Source of the DNA: a virus
Lineage: Duplodnaviria > Caudoviricetes
DNA: 54,383 nt
Virus record (IMG/VR): IMGVR_UViG_3300008255_000013
Span: 1 to 54,383 of that record
Direction: 5' to 3' (one strand)
The notes under the pieces were generated by a model. It made no database searches. It was not told where the DNA came from and worked only from the letters and a program-made list of their open reading frames with translations. The first letter of the stretch is position 1. Every line of letters starts with the position of its first letter. The position numbers and the translations under genes were made by a program. Positions 28,025 through 38,231 of this stretch are shown here, one piece after another.

Positions 28025-30745
28025 TCATGCGCTTAATCCTATAGCTAATTTAACGGAAGCCTCTTTGGCTGGATCACTTGGTAAATTATCAGTTTTTGCT
28101 TTCACATTTGCAATCTCGGCAAGCTGTGCGGCCTCTGCTGTCGTTAATCCGCTTGTGCCTGTTTCGGCTATATAGACAGGGTCATAGTCAAGCTGTATTG
28201 AATTAGATGCACTCGCAATAATAGTGCTACCGTCTGACCTAAATAAGCGCCCACCTGATAATAACAATGGCGTTGATTTTGTATTATCCAATGTCACAGA
28301 TACAACGCTTGTGTTAATGCGAACCTGATTTAGAGCAAGCCATGTAATAGCTCCGAACGCCTCGTCAATACCTGTAGCCGTTGTTATGAAATAATAATAC
28401 CACGCGGCAATGCGTTGAATAACTGTAGTGTTATCCGCATCATCAATGTCAATTTGGATATTCCCACTATCCCACGCAAACTCGGATATGCCTGAACCAT
28501 CAACACCATAGCTATTGTATTCCGCTTGGTTAACCTGCGTCACTGGCAAGCTGTTTGTCGTTGTGCCACCTGTAAATGTAAACTCACCCTCAAGCGTTTG
28601 CTTGGCTGTTGTGCCTGACTGATACGCCACGCGATAACGACCAATATCGCCAATGGTAAAATCAACACCCTCGTCATAAGTGTGTGTGATACCAGAACCA
28701 CCTGATACAACCGCATTATCCAGTTCCGCATCTGCCGTCACGTTGTAAATCTGATAGCGTGAACCATCAATAATGTTCGGTAATGCAAGCGTGTAGCCTG
28801 CGGCTGGTGCTGATATAGTTGTACTTGCGCCAGCGCCATTCCTTATAGTGGGTGTTGGATCACCATCACCAAGAGTAAGTGTCACCAGACCACCTGAATT
28901 ATTATAGATAGCCGCATCCGTTGAGCTATCCGCGCCATATCCTGTGAATGTATTACCAAAGAAGTCATGCGTTCCTGTGGCTGTAATCTCGATGGCATGA
29001 CCAGAACCAACACTGGTAAACGCGCAATCCTCAATATCACATGTCGTTGTTGTAACCTGTTCTGACGTAATAAGGCATCGTGCCAAACGCCCACCGTTTA
29101 ATGTAATGCCTTTGCCGTCAAGTATAGAAGCATCGTTAATTGAAATGCCAGATACGTTATTCTCAATGCTCCACCCTTTTAGCACAGCGCCAGTGAAATC
29201 ATAAGAACCGCTGGCATTTGAGCTTGCGTTGATAATGATTTTATTTTCCTGCGTTGTAGCGAGAATACAGCCCGAAAGGTCAAATACACAATCAGCAGAG
29301 CCGTATATCTCGATATTGGCGTGGTTGTCAGAAACTAAGTAACTGCTCTTAGGACGAGCCACTTCAATGGAATTGGCGGCTAATTGTACATATGTAGGCG
29401 CTGTGCCATCCCCTAACTGCAATGATTGTTTAATAAGCGCCTGCCCTGATCCTTGGGTTTGCGCCAACAAATAAAAACGGTTGGCGTTCAAGATACGATT
29501 TAGGTCAGTTGACACAAACGGACGTGCCTCACTACCCCCAACCACAGAACATTCCGTTAAGATTACAAGGTTGGCTATATAAAAGATAGCGTTTGAAGCT
29601 GTACGACGATGTATAAAGAAACCAATCTTAACAACATCCGTCAAATCAACAGGACTTGCACTCTCATCGTAAGTTGGCGCTATCCCAAAATCCAAAACAA
29701 AATCAAATTCTTGGTTTGAGACCATACTAGAACGAGAGGCTAACTGAACAGCTTTCCAATTGTCAGAGCTATCAACAACAACCGAAATAAGACCCTCCGT
29801 GTCTACACGTGTGCTGGTAATGTTAGAAACGCTCGCGTAAAACCCCAAAGCCTTATCGCTCAAATCAATGGATATACCTAAGAAAGCCCCTTGAAATACC
29901 GTGTCTTCGGAGCAGGTAAAGCCCGTCACGTTACCCCAAGGGACACCTGGTCTGACTTGAGTGTCGCCAAGGGCAGCAAGAACGGATGACATCGTAATGC
30001 CGTTAATGGCTGTTAAACCTGTCACACTGTCTGCCGCTGTGGCAATGGCGGCGGTAGTTGACAGCAAGCTACCTAAATAGTTCACGACATCAATGGTCTG
30101 GTTAACCGCTATATCCCTTGAACCACCAGAAGCATTATTGATAGCAATAACCCACGCATTACCGCCCTCACCATTAACCTCGTGTGTCATTTTAACTGTG
30201 GGCACTGCACCAGCGCTAAATTGCTGGCGATACCCTGTAATAGCACATACACCAACATTAAAGTTATAGATCAAAGGAATGGCTACATTCGTATCAAGAA
30301 CCATCTCCGTTACGTTGTCAGAACCAAACGAATAAAATAACAGACAATCATCATTTGTCGTGGTTAGCGCAGGGCTGTCTACTTCCTCTGCCGCGTTCCA
30401 GTCGCCCCTCGCGCTTGCGTGAATTGGTGTTGACGTGTCAGCACCACGTACAACAAACATTTGAACTACCCAGTCATCATTCGTACCTGTAAACTCTGGG
30501 TCTGTCTCGCTTGAAGACGCGGCAACCTTGTAAGCCCATACCTGACGTGACCCACCATTTGCGGATTGTGTGCCTACTATATTCCAGCCAGACGTTGCTG
30601 TGGCTATCGTAGTGCCACCATTATCTTGAGTAATACATAAAAGAATAAGATCGCCTGTAGTATAATCAAGCGCAGTTAGATCAGGCGTGTACGTGGCTAT
30701 CGCCGCCTCACTTCCCTCAACTACTTGTGATATTATATACGCCAC
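28025..30745 (-). CDS. Large beta-rich tail/receptor-binding structural protein
   Basis: T/S/G/A-rich with beta-helix-like NTFTGY/AIYNNSGG segments; located in the tail cluster. Confidence 0.65.
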   Translation of the reverse strand: MAYIISQVVEGSEAAIATYTPDLTALDYTTGDLILLCITQDNGGTTIATATSGWNIVGTQSANGGSRQVWAYKVAASSSETDPEFTGTNDDWVVQMFVVRGADTSTPIHASARGDWNAAEEVDSPALTTTNDDCLLFYSFGSDNVTEMVLDTNVAIPLIYNFNVGVCAITGYRQQFSAGAVPTVKMTHEVNGEGGNAWVIAINNASGGSRDIAVNQTIDVVNYLGSLLSTTAAIATAADSVTGLTAINGITMSSVLAALGDTQVRPGVPWGNVTGFTCSEDTVFQGAFLGISIDLSDKALGFYASVSNITSTRVDTEGLISVVVDSSDNWKAVQLASRSSMVSNQEFDFVLDFGIAPTYDESASPVDLTDVVKIGFFIHRRTASNAIFYIANLVILTECSVVGGSEARPFVSTDLNRILNANRFYLLAQTQGSGQALIKQSLQLGDGTAPTYVQLAANSIEVARPKSSYLVSDNHANIEIYGSADCVFDLSGCILATTQENKIIINASSNASGSYDFTGAVLKGWSIENNVSGISINDASILDGKGITLNGGRLARCLITSEQVTTTTCDIEDCAFTSVGSGHAIEITATGTHDFFGNTFTGYGADSSTDAAIYNNSGGLVTLTLGDGDPTPTIRNGAGASTTISAPAAGYTLALPNIIDGSRYQIYNVTADAELDNAVVSGGSGITHTYDEGVDFTIGDIGRYRVAYQSGTTAKQTLEGEFTFTGGTTTNSLPVTQVNQAEYNSYGVDGSGISEFAWDSGNIQIDIDDADNTTVIQRIAAWYYYFITTATGIDEAFGAITWLALNQVRINTSVVSVTLDNTKSTPLLLSGGRLFRSDGSTIIASASNSIQLDYDPVYIAETGTSGLTTAEAAQLAEIANVKAKTDNLPSDPAKEASVKLAIGLSA

Positions 30746-31539
30746 TAGCTGTATGCCACCCCTGTTAAATCTGTTCCAGTATAGCTTAACGTCTTTGTTA
30801 AATCAATTCCGCTTGGCGTGTCGCCTGATAAAACAATAGAGGTCAACACGCCTGATGTGTAATTAAGCGTCTTTGTGATTGTGCCACTTGGCAGGGTATA
30901 AACAATGCTTGTTAAGTCTGATCCTGTATAATTAAGCGCGTATGGATAGCTTTTAAGGTTCTTTGACACTGTTTCATATTGTTCTGATAGACCATCCGTG
31001 ACGTATCCAGCGTCATTGGTCAATAAAGAAATATTAGCACCAGATTGTAAAGCTGTATCTGCTTTTCCAAGCGATGTTGTAACGCCAGTATCAAGTTTTG
31101 ACGAAGATATACTCCCCACTTTGATTGATGCTGTTAAATTCTGGACATTAAGAGTAAAATCAATCTCGGAAGAGTCCGTGACTGTCACTGGTCCATGACT
31201 TGAGGCAGAGAATGTTGAATCTACGTAATTTTTTGTGGCAAGATGATTTGAAGTTGTTGGATCTTTTCCAGCCACGACATCTTTAAATGATATATTTCCG
31301 CTTACTAATTCATAATACTCACTCCCGATATAAAGAGCATCGTTTTCCAAAACAGAAACATTATCGCCAGCTGAAACAGAATTGGTATTTATATAATTTA
31401 CCGACTGGGTGATGACTTGATATGCCCTATAAAACCAATCAATTAATATAGGAAAATCCTGCTGCACATTCCCTGTCGTCCTTGGGGGCGTTTCAAGGGT
31501 TCTTGGAATAGGCGTGTTATTATTGTTCTGCTCATCCAT
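30745..31539 (-). CDS. Tail needle/fibre-like protein (P22 gp26 position)
   Basis: Follows the gp10-like gene; DPTTSNHLATKNYVD fibre motif; YTGSDLTSI-type repeats. Confidence 0.55.
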   Translation of the reverse strand: MDEQNNNNTPIPRTLETPPRTTGNVQQDFPILIDWFYRAYQVITQSVNYINTNSVSAGDNVSVLENDALYIGSEYYELVSGNISFKDVVAGKDPTTSNHLATKNYVDSTFSASSHGPVTVTDSSEIDFTLNVQNLTASIKVGSISSSKLDTGVTTSLGKADTALQSGANISLLTNDAGYVTDGLSEQYETVSKNLKSYPYALNYTGSDLTSIVYTLPSGTITKTLNYTSGVLTSIVLSGDTPSGIDLTKTLSYTGTDLTGVAYS

Positions 31540-32963
31540 TATCGTGAAACCCTGTCAATATCAACTTGTAGCTTCCTGATCTCAAACGGAGCATTATCGG
31601 TCATTGAAACCTCAAATTGCCAAGTATCGGCAATCCCTTGTGATCCAAATTCAATGTAAAGATTATCTTGACCTGTTTTACCTAAATCTCTTTTTTGCCA
31701 ATTACTCCAGCCTCGATTATCTGGATTTGTCCTCATCATAACCTCTGGGGCTTTCGTGTATGATCCAACACCTCTTTTTAAGAGAAAGCGAACGCCATTT
31801 ATCCTTGAAGTGGTACCTATCTCATAATGCGCGGTTCTAAAATAAGATCTCTGAACATTGTTATCGTTATCGTAAGTTTCTGTATCAAGTTCATATATTT
31901 TGCCGTTGCCACCAACAAATGTTTTTCCCCAAATACTAAACACTGACCTTCCTGCCCACAAATCGGGCACTCCGTTTTGCGCATCCCATCCGAATATCTC
32001 AAAATATCTTCCACTGCGTGTATCAAAAACAAGAGTGACACCTGTTGTGCCATAATTATTAGTCGCATTGGGGGATTGGAATATAATAAACTTTTGACCT
32101 TTAATGTACGCAGGGGCAGCCCAAGCACCATTTAGTGCGCCTATATTTCTAAGAGAATATCTGTATTCAATATCTGCTTGAACATCGTTTGAAACAACCT
32201 GTGTGGTTTGACCAGAAAGCCTGACAAATTCCCTCTTATCATTTAGACCCCATGCAAAATTGTCGGCAAAGCACAAGGTCCACGGCTCGCTTATGCCATC
32301 ACCAACTGAAAAACGCCTAAAAAAAGCTACGCCAGTCGAAGATCCAACGAGTCTTTCATATTGCTCCAAACTTTCTTCACCAGAAAGCAAGACCTCATTA
32401 AAAGGCGTTATAAGCATAGCATTAATATCATCAGGATTGCCATCAACCGCAAACGTATCAAGTGGATTCCACTGCGATAATTCATTTATCCTTGAGTGCT
32501 GAAATCTTCCAGAATCTTTCTCAACGGCAAGCAAATAACCATCAATAAAGCCAATAAAAGATGATGGGGGTGCATCTTTTGATAAAACACCTGTCTTATT
32601 CCCATCAAATTTAATAATCTGTGAACCTGCTGCCATCATAACGCCATCACGAGTACGCGCAAAGCTTACTCGATCACCACCAGCCACTGGCGTTCCTTCA
32701 ATCTTGGTCGCATTGTAATTATTATCAATTCTAAATAATTGACCATCTCTCCCACATGCAATTAGATCATTATTGTATCTATTGAGGAATATTTCACTAT
32801 TGCTATCAAGAGTGACCACGGTTTTGAGACCAGGAAACCTTGAAACACCGCCACCTTCGGTAACAAAACAATTCTCCAATGCCGCATATGTTTGTGTAAG
32901 AACCTGCTCATCAAGATTCTTAAATAATTTGGCATTAAGGGGAATATCTGTCCATTCTGGCAT
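31539..32963 (-). CDS. P22 gp10-like tail hub/DNA stabilization protein
   Basis: RFPGL, FIDGYL, W.PLD.F..DGNPD, FYIKGQKF-like, VFD..SG.Y, GWSNW...LG..G. Confidence 0.75.
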   Translation of the reverse strand: MPEWTDIPLNAKLFKNLDEQVLTQTYAALENCFVTEGGGVSRFPGLKTVVTLDSNSEIFLNRYNNDLIACGRDGQLFRIDNNYNATKIEGTPVAGGDRVSFARTRDGVMMAAGSQIIKFDGNKTGVLSKDAPPSSFIGFIDGYLLAVEKDSGRFQHSRINELSQWNPLDTFAVDGNPDDINAMLITPFNEVLLSGEESLEQYERLVGSSTGVAFFRRFSVGDGISEPWTLCFADNFAWGLNDKREFVRLSGQTTQVVSNDVQADIEYRYSLRNIGALNGAWAAPAYIKGQKFIIFQSPNATNNYGTTGVTLVFDTRSGRYFEIFGWDAQNGVPDLWAGRSVFSIWGKTFVGGNGKIYELDTETYDNDNNVQRSYFRTAHYEIGTTSRINGVRFLLKRGVGSYTKAPEVMMRTNPDNRGWSNWQKRDLGKTGQDNLYIEFGSQGIADTWQFEVSMTDNAPFEIRKLQVDIDRVSR

Positions 32964-34855
32964 TACGTGCTTACGACCTCCACATCGACTGTCCATTCAA
33001 TTGTATGACTTGTAGCACCTGTCACTTGTAATTCAATCTCTGGTCCATTGGCAACAAACGCCGCGGCATACCCTGCCGTTGTTTCAAAAACGGCTCTTAA
33101 ATTGACATTTCCAGTTGAGTCAAGAGACGCATTTTGATGGGATAGAGTGCCGTTTACTGTGGCACTTCCAGGTGAGGCATTGTCATCGGTTATAATCTCA
33201 TTATCAATAAACTCGCCAGAAATATCTGTTAGTGTAAGCGTTCCTGTCGTTCCAGAGTCGCTATCGGCTTGAATACGCGCTGTCGCGCCAGATGATGCGC
33301 CTGTAATGATTGCTCCTGCCGTGAAATTGGCTGTTTGAGTGTCATAAGCAAGTGTTGAACCAGGTCGAAATGCGCCACATCCAATATGATAAATGGCGCG
33401 TTGCACAATATTCCTTCCTTTTCCAATAACCTTAGCCACAAAATAAGCCTGTTGCCCTGCCTTTAATGGTATGCTCCATGCTTTTGTTGCCGTTGCGGTG
33501 GTTGTAAGACCAAAAGTTGCTCCGTTTTGTGAGGTTGTTGATCTGATAAGCCTTGTGGACTCGCCTATGATTGTTACGCCAGATAGTTCAAGACAATCTT
33601 GTAACAAAATAAAGTTTTCAATTGGGGTGGTCGGATTGATTTCAAGGTTTGACAATTTCATGTTCTTTAAAACAATATTTTGAGCAGTTCCAGTAACTTT
33701 GAAATCACCACCATTAATTCTACCGCCATCAAAAAGAATATTGATTGTGTCGTTATTCTGTGACGTTGAGGGCGTTAAAACGTCCGTATCGTCAGTGATA
33801 TTAATGGTTTTAGTGTTTGACTCCCACCAGCACCCTATAAAATCAATGTTTTGTATGCCATTAATGTTGACGGCATAATCGGCACATGACTCAAACCCCA
33901 CTCCGATAAGGGTAATATTGTGACAAATGGAATCTTCATATGATAAAGATAACCCAATCGTTGTGGCGACATCAATGACACCCCCCGACCATAGTAAGTC
34001 CTCAAAAGCAGATCCATTGCCTGTATCACCACTGTCTGAATCTCCATAAAGCTTAATGGCTGTAGCCGTATTGTTGATTGAAAAATCAATCCATGTGTGG
34101 CTTTTGCCGCCTAGGAAATGTGCGCCAGTCTCAAATCTTTTGATTAAAACAGATTGAAACACTACTCGGTCATTACCTACCGATTTAACACCAACTGATC
34201 CAATTGTTAATGTTTTACCATCAAGCGTGAGGTCAATAAATCCTGCGCCATTACCCACAAGGTTGAATGATACAGATCCGTTTTCGCACTCTAGGATCGT
34301 TGCATCTATGCCTTGACCACGAATGACGACATTTTCGGGAATATCAAATGAGTTAAGCTTATAAAGCCCTGTTGGTACGTTTACAAATCCACCATCTGAT
34401 AAAGAAGCGATTGCAAGTTCCATTGTTTGAGTGTTTGTGGCGGCAACCCCACCTGTTCCTTTAACAAAAGAACCGAAATTAGCTACATTGACCTGTCTTG
34501 TGGCAAAATCAGCCAATGTCACATCATAAGATGATCCTGTGGCTCTAATGGTGGCACTGCTTGCGTTTTCTCCTGTAAGTGACGATATAGCAGGTCTAAC
34601 AACACCTGTGTTTTCAATGCCATTTATGGAAGTGTGATAGGATTGCGCTGTGTATAATGGGAAAGCAAACTTTCCGTATCGAACACCGCCTTCGGCTTCC
34701 ATAGCCAATAAGGTCTGCGGATTTGGGGCAGGAATTGTTAAAGCTTCATCAGTATAAATATTGGCAAGAGTGGATGTTCCAGCAACGTATATTCCTACAA
34801 CTGCCCCACCATATCCAGGTCTCCAAACATCAAATTCTACTATTCTTTGCGCCAT
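32963..34855 (-). CDS. Tailspike with pectate-lyase-like beta-helix
   Basis: VNVANFG...NTQTMELAI...GGFVNVPTGLY...IPENVVIRGQG...TIL. Confidence 0.8.
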   Translation of the reverse strand: MAQRIVEFDVWRPGYGGAVVGIYVAGTSTLANIYTDEALTIPAPNPQTLLAMEAEGGVRYGKFAFPLYTAQSYHTSINGIENTGVVRPAISSLTGENASSATIRATGSSYDVTLADFATRQVNVANFGSFVKGTGGVAATNTQTMELAIASLSDGGFVNVPTGLYKLNSFDIPENVVIRGQGIDATILECENGSVSFNLVGNGAGFIDLTLDGKTLTIGSVGVKSVGNDRVVFQSVLIKRFETGAHFLGGKSHTWIDFSINNTATAIKLYGDSDSGDTGNGSAFEDLLWSGGVIDVATTIGLSLSYEDSICHNITLIGVGFESCADYAVNINGIQNIDFIGCWWESNTKTINITDDTDVLTPSTSQNNDTINILFDGGRINGGDFKVTGTAQNIVLKNMKLSNLEINPTTPIENFILLQDCLELSGVTIIGESTRLIRSTTSQNGATFGLTTTATATKAWSIPLKAGQQAYFVAKVIGKGRNIVQRAIYHIGCGAFRPGSTLAYDTQTANFTAGAIITGASSGATARIQADSDSGTTGTLTLTDISGEFIDNEIITDDNASPGSATVNGTLSHQNASLDSTGNVNLRAVFETTAGYAAAFVANGPEIELQVTGATSHTIEWTVDVEVVST

Positions 34856-34866
34856 ATCTTTTCTCC

Positions 34867-35559
34867 CTATGCGGTTGTTAATGGTAATAAATCTACCACG
34901 TTGTAATAAATTCTTAATGCGATAGGGCTATTGCCTGTCAATATAGCGTCAGGCAAACAAGCTACGAGAGGTGCATTGGGAATTAAAATTGACGATAGGA
35001 ATGGGTAAGAAACTGTGTACGTATCAGAAGTTTGATCAATGAATCCAAATGTCTCAATTGAGCAAACAGTAATGCCAAACTTATCAGTGTAGTTAATGTC
35101 GATATCTTCTGCCGCCCCTATCCCATCATAAGCTACCGAGTTATAATCTAAAAATCCAATTACTCTCTCGAATACAATTGCTTTTCCTGCGCCTTGGGCT
35201 GGGATTAAGGTTTTTGGCGTGTTATGAAGATCCAATAATTCTGCGTTTGATATAACCACATCCACATATTGTGATGACTGTCCGCTAATAACGCCTGTGT
35301 CGTGATCAGGTACGTTCCCTAGCCCTTGAACTGTTGCAATAACTGGCTCTGCGATATAAACAGGCTGTCTTAATTTACCTCGTGAATCAAGGTATTGTGG
35401 GTTTTCCAGTAAGCCAACACCACTTATTGACGAATAAATGGTTGCAAGCGTTGATGTCTTTTCACCAAATCCATCAATAGTATAGAAATACAAAACCCCA
35501 TTTGCGTATATGGGATTAGCTTGAGAAAAGTCTTGGATTGATGTTCTAGCTATGGTCAT
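34867..35559 (-). CDS. Virion accessory protein with tailspike-type N-terminal anchor domain
   Basis: FYT...TLATIY...ENPQYLDSRGKL, shared with other fibre N-termini. Confidence 0.65.
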   Translation of the reverse strand: MTIARTSIQDFSQANPIYANGVLYFYTIDGFGEKTSTLATIYSSISGVGLLENPQYLDSRGKLRQPVYIAEPVIATVQGLGNVPDHDTGVISGQSSQYVDVVISNAELLDLHNTPKTLIPAQGAGKAIVFERVIGFLDYNSVAYDGIGAAEDIDINYTDKFGITVCSIETFGFIDQTSDTYTVSYPFLSSILIPNAPLVACLPDAILTGNSPIALRIYYNVVDLLPLTTA

Positions 35560-35744
35560 ATCGATTTTCCCTTGTTGTATTTTGTCTAATTTGGTTATTT
35601 GGCATCATATGGATACTTTGATTAACTGTACGCTCCCTTGATACGGAGTTAAACATCTTTCTACATACCCAAACGGCGTGATTTCTTATCATTTGTAAAA
35701 CTCCATCATTTTGATCATAAACGCCAGCACCCAAACCATTGCCA

Positions 35745-36224
35745 TTACTGTGCGCCCCTACTTTTTGTTACAAAATCCTGCAAACTTAAAAGTCGCAATC
35801 TGCTTTCTTCGCATCTTTTTGCAAAGTCAAGTAAATACCAAGACTGCAAGCCATTTCCGTTAGAAAGCTGTGATTTTGAGGTTTGGTCATCGCGTTCTGC
35901 GGCGGATCGGCTGTTATCAATCGGGATACAGACTGATTGGTTGGTGCGCATGAGCAAAGCGCGATACTGATTGTCAACATCGCTAAGTTTTTCTTCAAGT
36001 TCATAAGTGATCTCCCTTGTTAATTGTTTGGCTTTTTCGCATTTATCATACATGGTAATTGACAATGCGTCCAATTTAGCATCGCAAATCTTAATTTGAG
36101 CCGATTCTGTGCGTTTTTTTACTATATCCACTACCTTGATAGTGTAGCCACCAATTAAAAGCACAGAAATCGCTCCTATGGCGATTATTTTATATTTTAG
36201 CGGTATAAGTTTTAACAATTTCAT
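35745..36224 (-). CDS. Inner-membrane spanin (Rz-like)
   Basis: N-terminal TM then coiled coil; follows the endolysin and embeds a lipoprotein ORF. Confidence 0.75.
   Translation of the reverse strand: MKLLKLIPLKYKIIAIGAISVLLIGGYTIKVVDIVKKRTESAQIKICDAKLDALSITMYDKCEKAKQLTREITYELEEKLSDVDNQYRALLMRTNQSVCIPIDNSRSAAERDDQTSKSQLSNGNGLQSWYLLDFAKRCEESRLRLLSLQDFVTKSRGAQ
35786..36004 (-). CDS. Outer-membrane spanin lipoprotein (Rz1-like), embedded in an alternative frame
   Basis: MNLKKNLAMLTISIALCSC signal with lipobox-like LCSC; fully inside the Rz-like gene. Confidence 0.7.
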   Translation of the reverse strand: MNLKKNLAMLTISIALCSCAPTNQSVSRLITADPPQNAMTKPQNHSFLTEMACSLGIYLTLQKDAKKADCDF

Positions 36225-36228
36225 GATG

Positions 36229-36774
36229 TCATGCCTCGTTTGTTGAAATATCTATGTTTGCAATTGCAGATTCGGTGACAAAAAATGGTCGAACACTTTT
36301 TGGCTGCGCTATCTTCCATTTACAACGCCTTGCATGGGTCAATCGCTTTTTCTCAAGAGACATGATGTTAACTGTGTTGCTCTGATTTCCACCAAGAACA
36401 TAATAATAATGCTTGTTTTCACCTACGTAAAAACCAACATGACCGCCACCAGAGCGAGAAAAAACGAGTATATCGCCAATAGAAGGCATATCAGAAGGAA
36501 CACCAAACTTACTCCACTCACTAGCGCGAACGCAAATATTAACAGGCTTAAAGCCAGCCCTAAAAACGCAAACACCAACAAACAAGCCACACCAAGGTAC
36601 TTCGTCAGCTTTGTAATCAATTCCGACATATTGCCCTAACTCCTTTGCCCAATTTAAGATGATCGGATTGTGCTTAATTCCAATAATTTCCTTTGTTCCA
36701 TAAAGCTTCATCGCCTCTGCAATGACGCGAGGTGATTTTGTATTGTTCAAAAAGCTAAAAACACCTTTTATCAT
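36229..36774 (-). CDS. Endolysin, TIGR02594/NlpC-P60-like peptidoglycan hydrolase
   Basis: DEVPWCGLFV (Cys), GGHVGF (His) and VLGGNQSN. Confidence 0.88.
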   Translation of the reverse strand: MIKGVFSFLNNTKSPRVIAEAMKLYGTKEIIGIKHNPIILNWAKELGQYVGIDYKADEVPWCGLFVGVCVFRAGFKPVNICVRASEWSKFGVPSDMPSIGDILVFSRSGGGHVGFYVGENKHYYYVLGGNQSNTVNIMSLEKKRLTHARRCKWKIAQPKSVRPFFVTESAIANIDISTNEA

Positions 36775-36785
36775 TAGTGAACCCT

Positions 36786-37109
36786 TTATTTCGTGTGTTT
36801 ATCGATTAAATTATCAACGGCTCTTTGCACTCCTGCTTGCAAATCAACCTGCATAATCGCCATAGCAATTCTTTCGGCAAGCAAAACTGTAAAACACCCA
36901 ATGACTATAGAAACCATATTTCCAGCTTGAAGTTCATACGCCAGCAATCCAAATAGGCAACCCATAGGGAAACCAACGGCAAAAGACGCTGTAATACTTT
37001 TCAGTTCGCGTTTTGTTGGCATTAATATTACTTTAATCAAGTTGAACATGAATATAAATAAGCCAAGCATGTATAAAAATGCTTTTGTTACTGGATCATC
37101 AATCATCAA
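36786..37109 (-). CDS. Holin candidate
   Basis: About 3 TM segments with a charged C-terminal tail; immediately upstream of the endolysin. Confidence 0.6.
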   Translation of the reverse strand: MMIDDPVTKAFLYMLGLFIFMFNLIKVILMPTKRELKSITASFAVGFPMGCLFGLLAYELQAGNMVSIVIGCFTVLLAERIAMAIMQVDLQAGVQRAVDNLIDKHTK

Positions 37110-37110
37110 T

Positions 37111-37449
37111 TTAATCCCTTTCTGTCCACTCTTTCACTTGGTCGTATGATAAATAATGCCATACAAAAGTGATAATTCCGATGCAAATATGAGTTATTAG
37201 GAAATATGGATCAAACTCCACACCAGAGTATGAATCTATTGTTGATACATACAAAGGGGTCACTATTATAAATAAAGCGTTTCCAGCAACCCCTGTAACC
37301 ACTGTCCAGAACTTTTGTTCAATCTTTGAGTCAAACAAAGCCTTGGGGCATGAGTTTACAAACAATCTCTCCCCTTTTTTGATTGTTTTAAAGCCCCAAT
37401 AAAGAGACAATAAGTGAAAAGCCATAGACAGATAAAAAAAAGTAACCAT
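37111..37449 (-). CDS. Membrane protein (holin/antiholin candidate)
   Basis: Three hydrophobic segments; lies in the lysis cluster. Confidence 0.55.
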   Translation of the reverse strand: MVTFFYLSMAFHLLSLYWGFKTIKKGERLFVNSCPKALFDSKIEQKFWTVVTGVAGNALFIIVTPLYVSTIDSYSGVEFDPYFLITHICIGIITFVWHYLSYDQVKEWTERD

Positions 37450-37460
37450 TTCTATTCCCC

Positions 37461-38075
37461 TTACATTCTTGACAAAGCCATCAAGGCGTAAGTCATTAGC
37501 CCTGATTTCTTTTCGGCTGGCTCAAGTTGTTCCTGCTCATTCATAAGATGTTCGCGTCTATATATGTATGACCGCGCCAAACCAACCAATACAATCATGG
37601 CAAAAGGCAATATTGTGAGATTAGACACGGCTATAAGCACCGCACAAAGCGACCCTGCAATGAAATGATGCACCATCCACATAGTCATTTTTAATATGAC
37701 GAGTTTATCATTTGGAAGATTACCCCATTCAAAACCGCAAATCTTTTCGGCAATTGAGTAAATATAAAGATGGTTCTGCTCTTTTTCTTTTTGAACATCA
37801 TTCATGAAGGTTGCGCCCCATAGAAACCATCGTCTCAACATACCAGCGGCAACCCATGACAAAGCAAATGTACCGAGTACCACGCCCAATGCGCTTAACC
37901 CCATAGACAAAATCCCCCAATTTAAGACAAGTCCGAATAAAACAGGAATAGATATTGCCGCTCCAAGCGTCACCTGACCCAAGGCTTTTCTACCATCACC
38001 ACACCATCGATCACCTTTAAAACCAAGATAACCGCATAGTGCTACTACCAATAAGGACAGAATAAAATTAATCAT
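37461..38075 (-). CDS. Multi-pass membrane protein
   Basis: About 5 hydrophobic segments; GGAG RBS. Confidence 0.65.
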   Translation of the reverse strand: MINFILSLLVVALCGYLGFKGDRWCGDGRKALGQVTLGAAISIPVLFGLVLNWGILSMGLSALGVVLGTFALSWVAAGMLRRWFLWGATFMNDVQKEKEQNHLYIYSIAEKICGFEWGNLPNDKLVILKMTMWMVHHFIAGSLCAVLIAVSNLTILPFAMIVLVGLARSYIYRREHLMNEQEQLEPAEKKSGLMTYALMALSRM

Positions 38076-38224
38076 GCCGTTTCTCCAGATTGCAAGCTGT
38101 GTAATTCCTGCCTCAACACCTCTGCCTGAACCTCTAAATAAAGATGTTCTTTAACCTCTTTTTCTGCCATGGCAACCAGACCTTCTTTTCTTTTTTCAAG
38201 TAATGGCGTGTTTAAGTATGTCAT
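38072..38224 (-). CDS. Small hypothetical protein (50 aa)
   Basis: Manual translation MTYLNTPLLEKRKEG...; AGGA RBS and ATGA overlap with the next gene. Confidence 0.55.
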   Translation of the reverse strand: MTYLNTPLLEKRKEGLVAMAEKEVKEHLYLEVQAEVLRQELHSLQSGETA

Positions 38225-38231
38225 GTTTTTC

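Noticed and set aside
35546-35734. 62-aa ORF between the spanin and 35559 genes
   Set aside because: It has a TTG start, no clear RBS and no motif, so it cannot be supported as a gene
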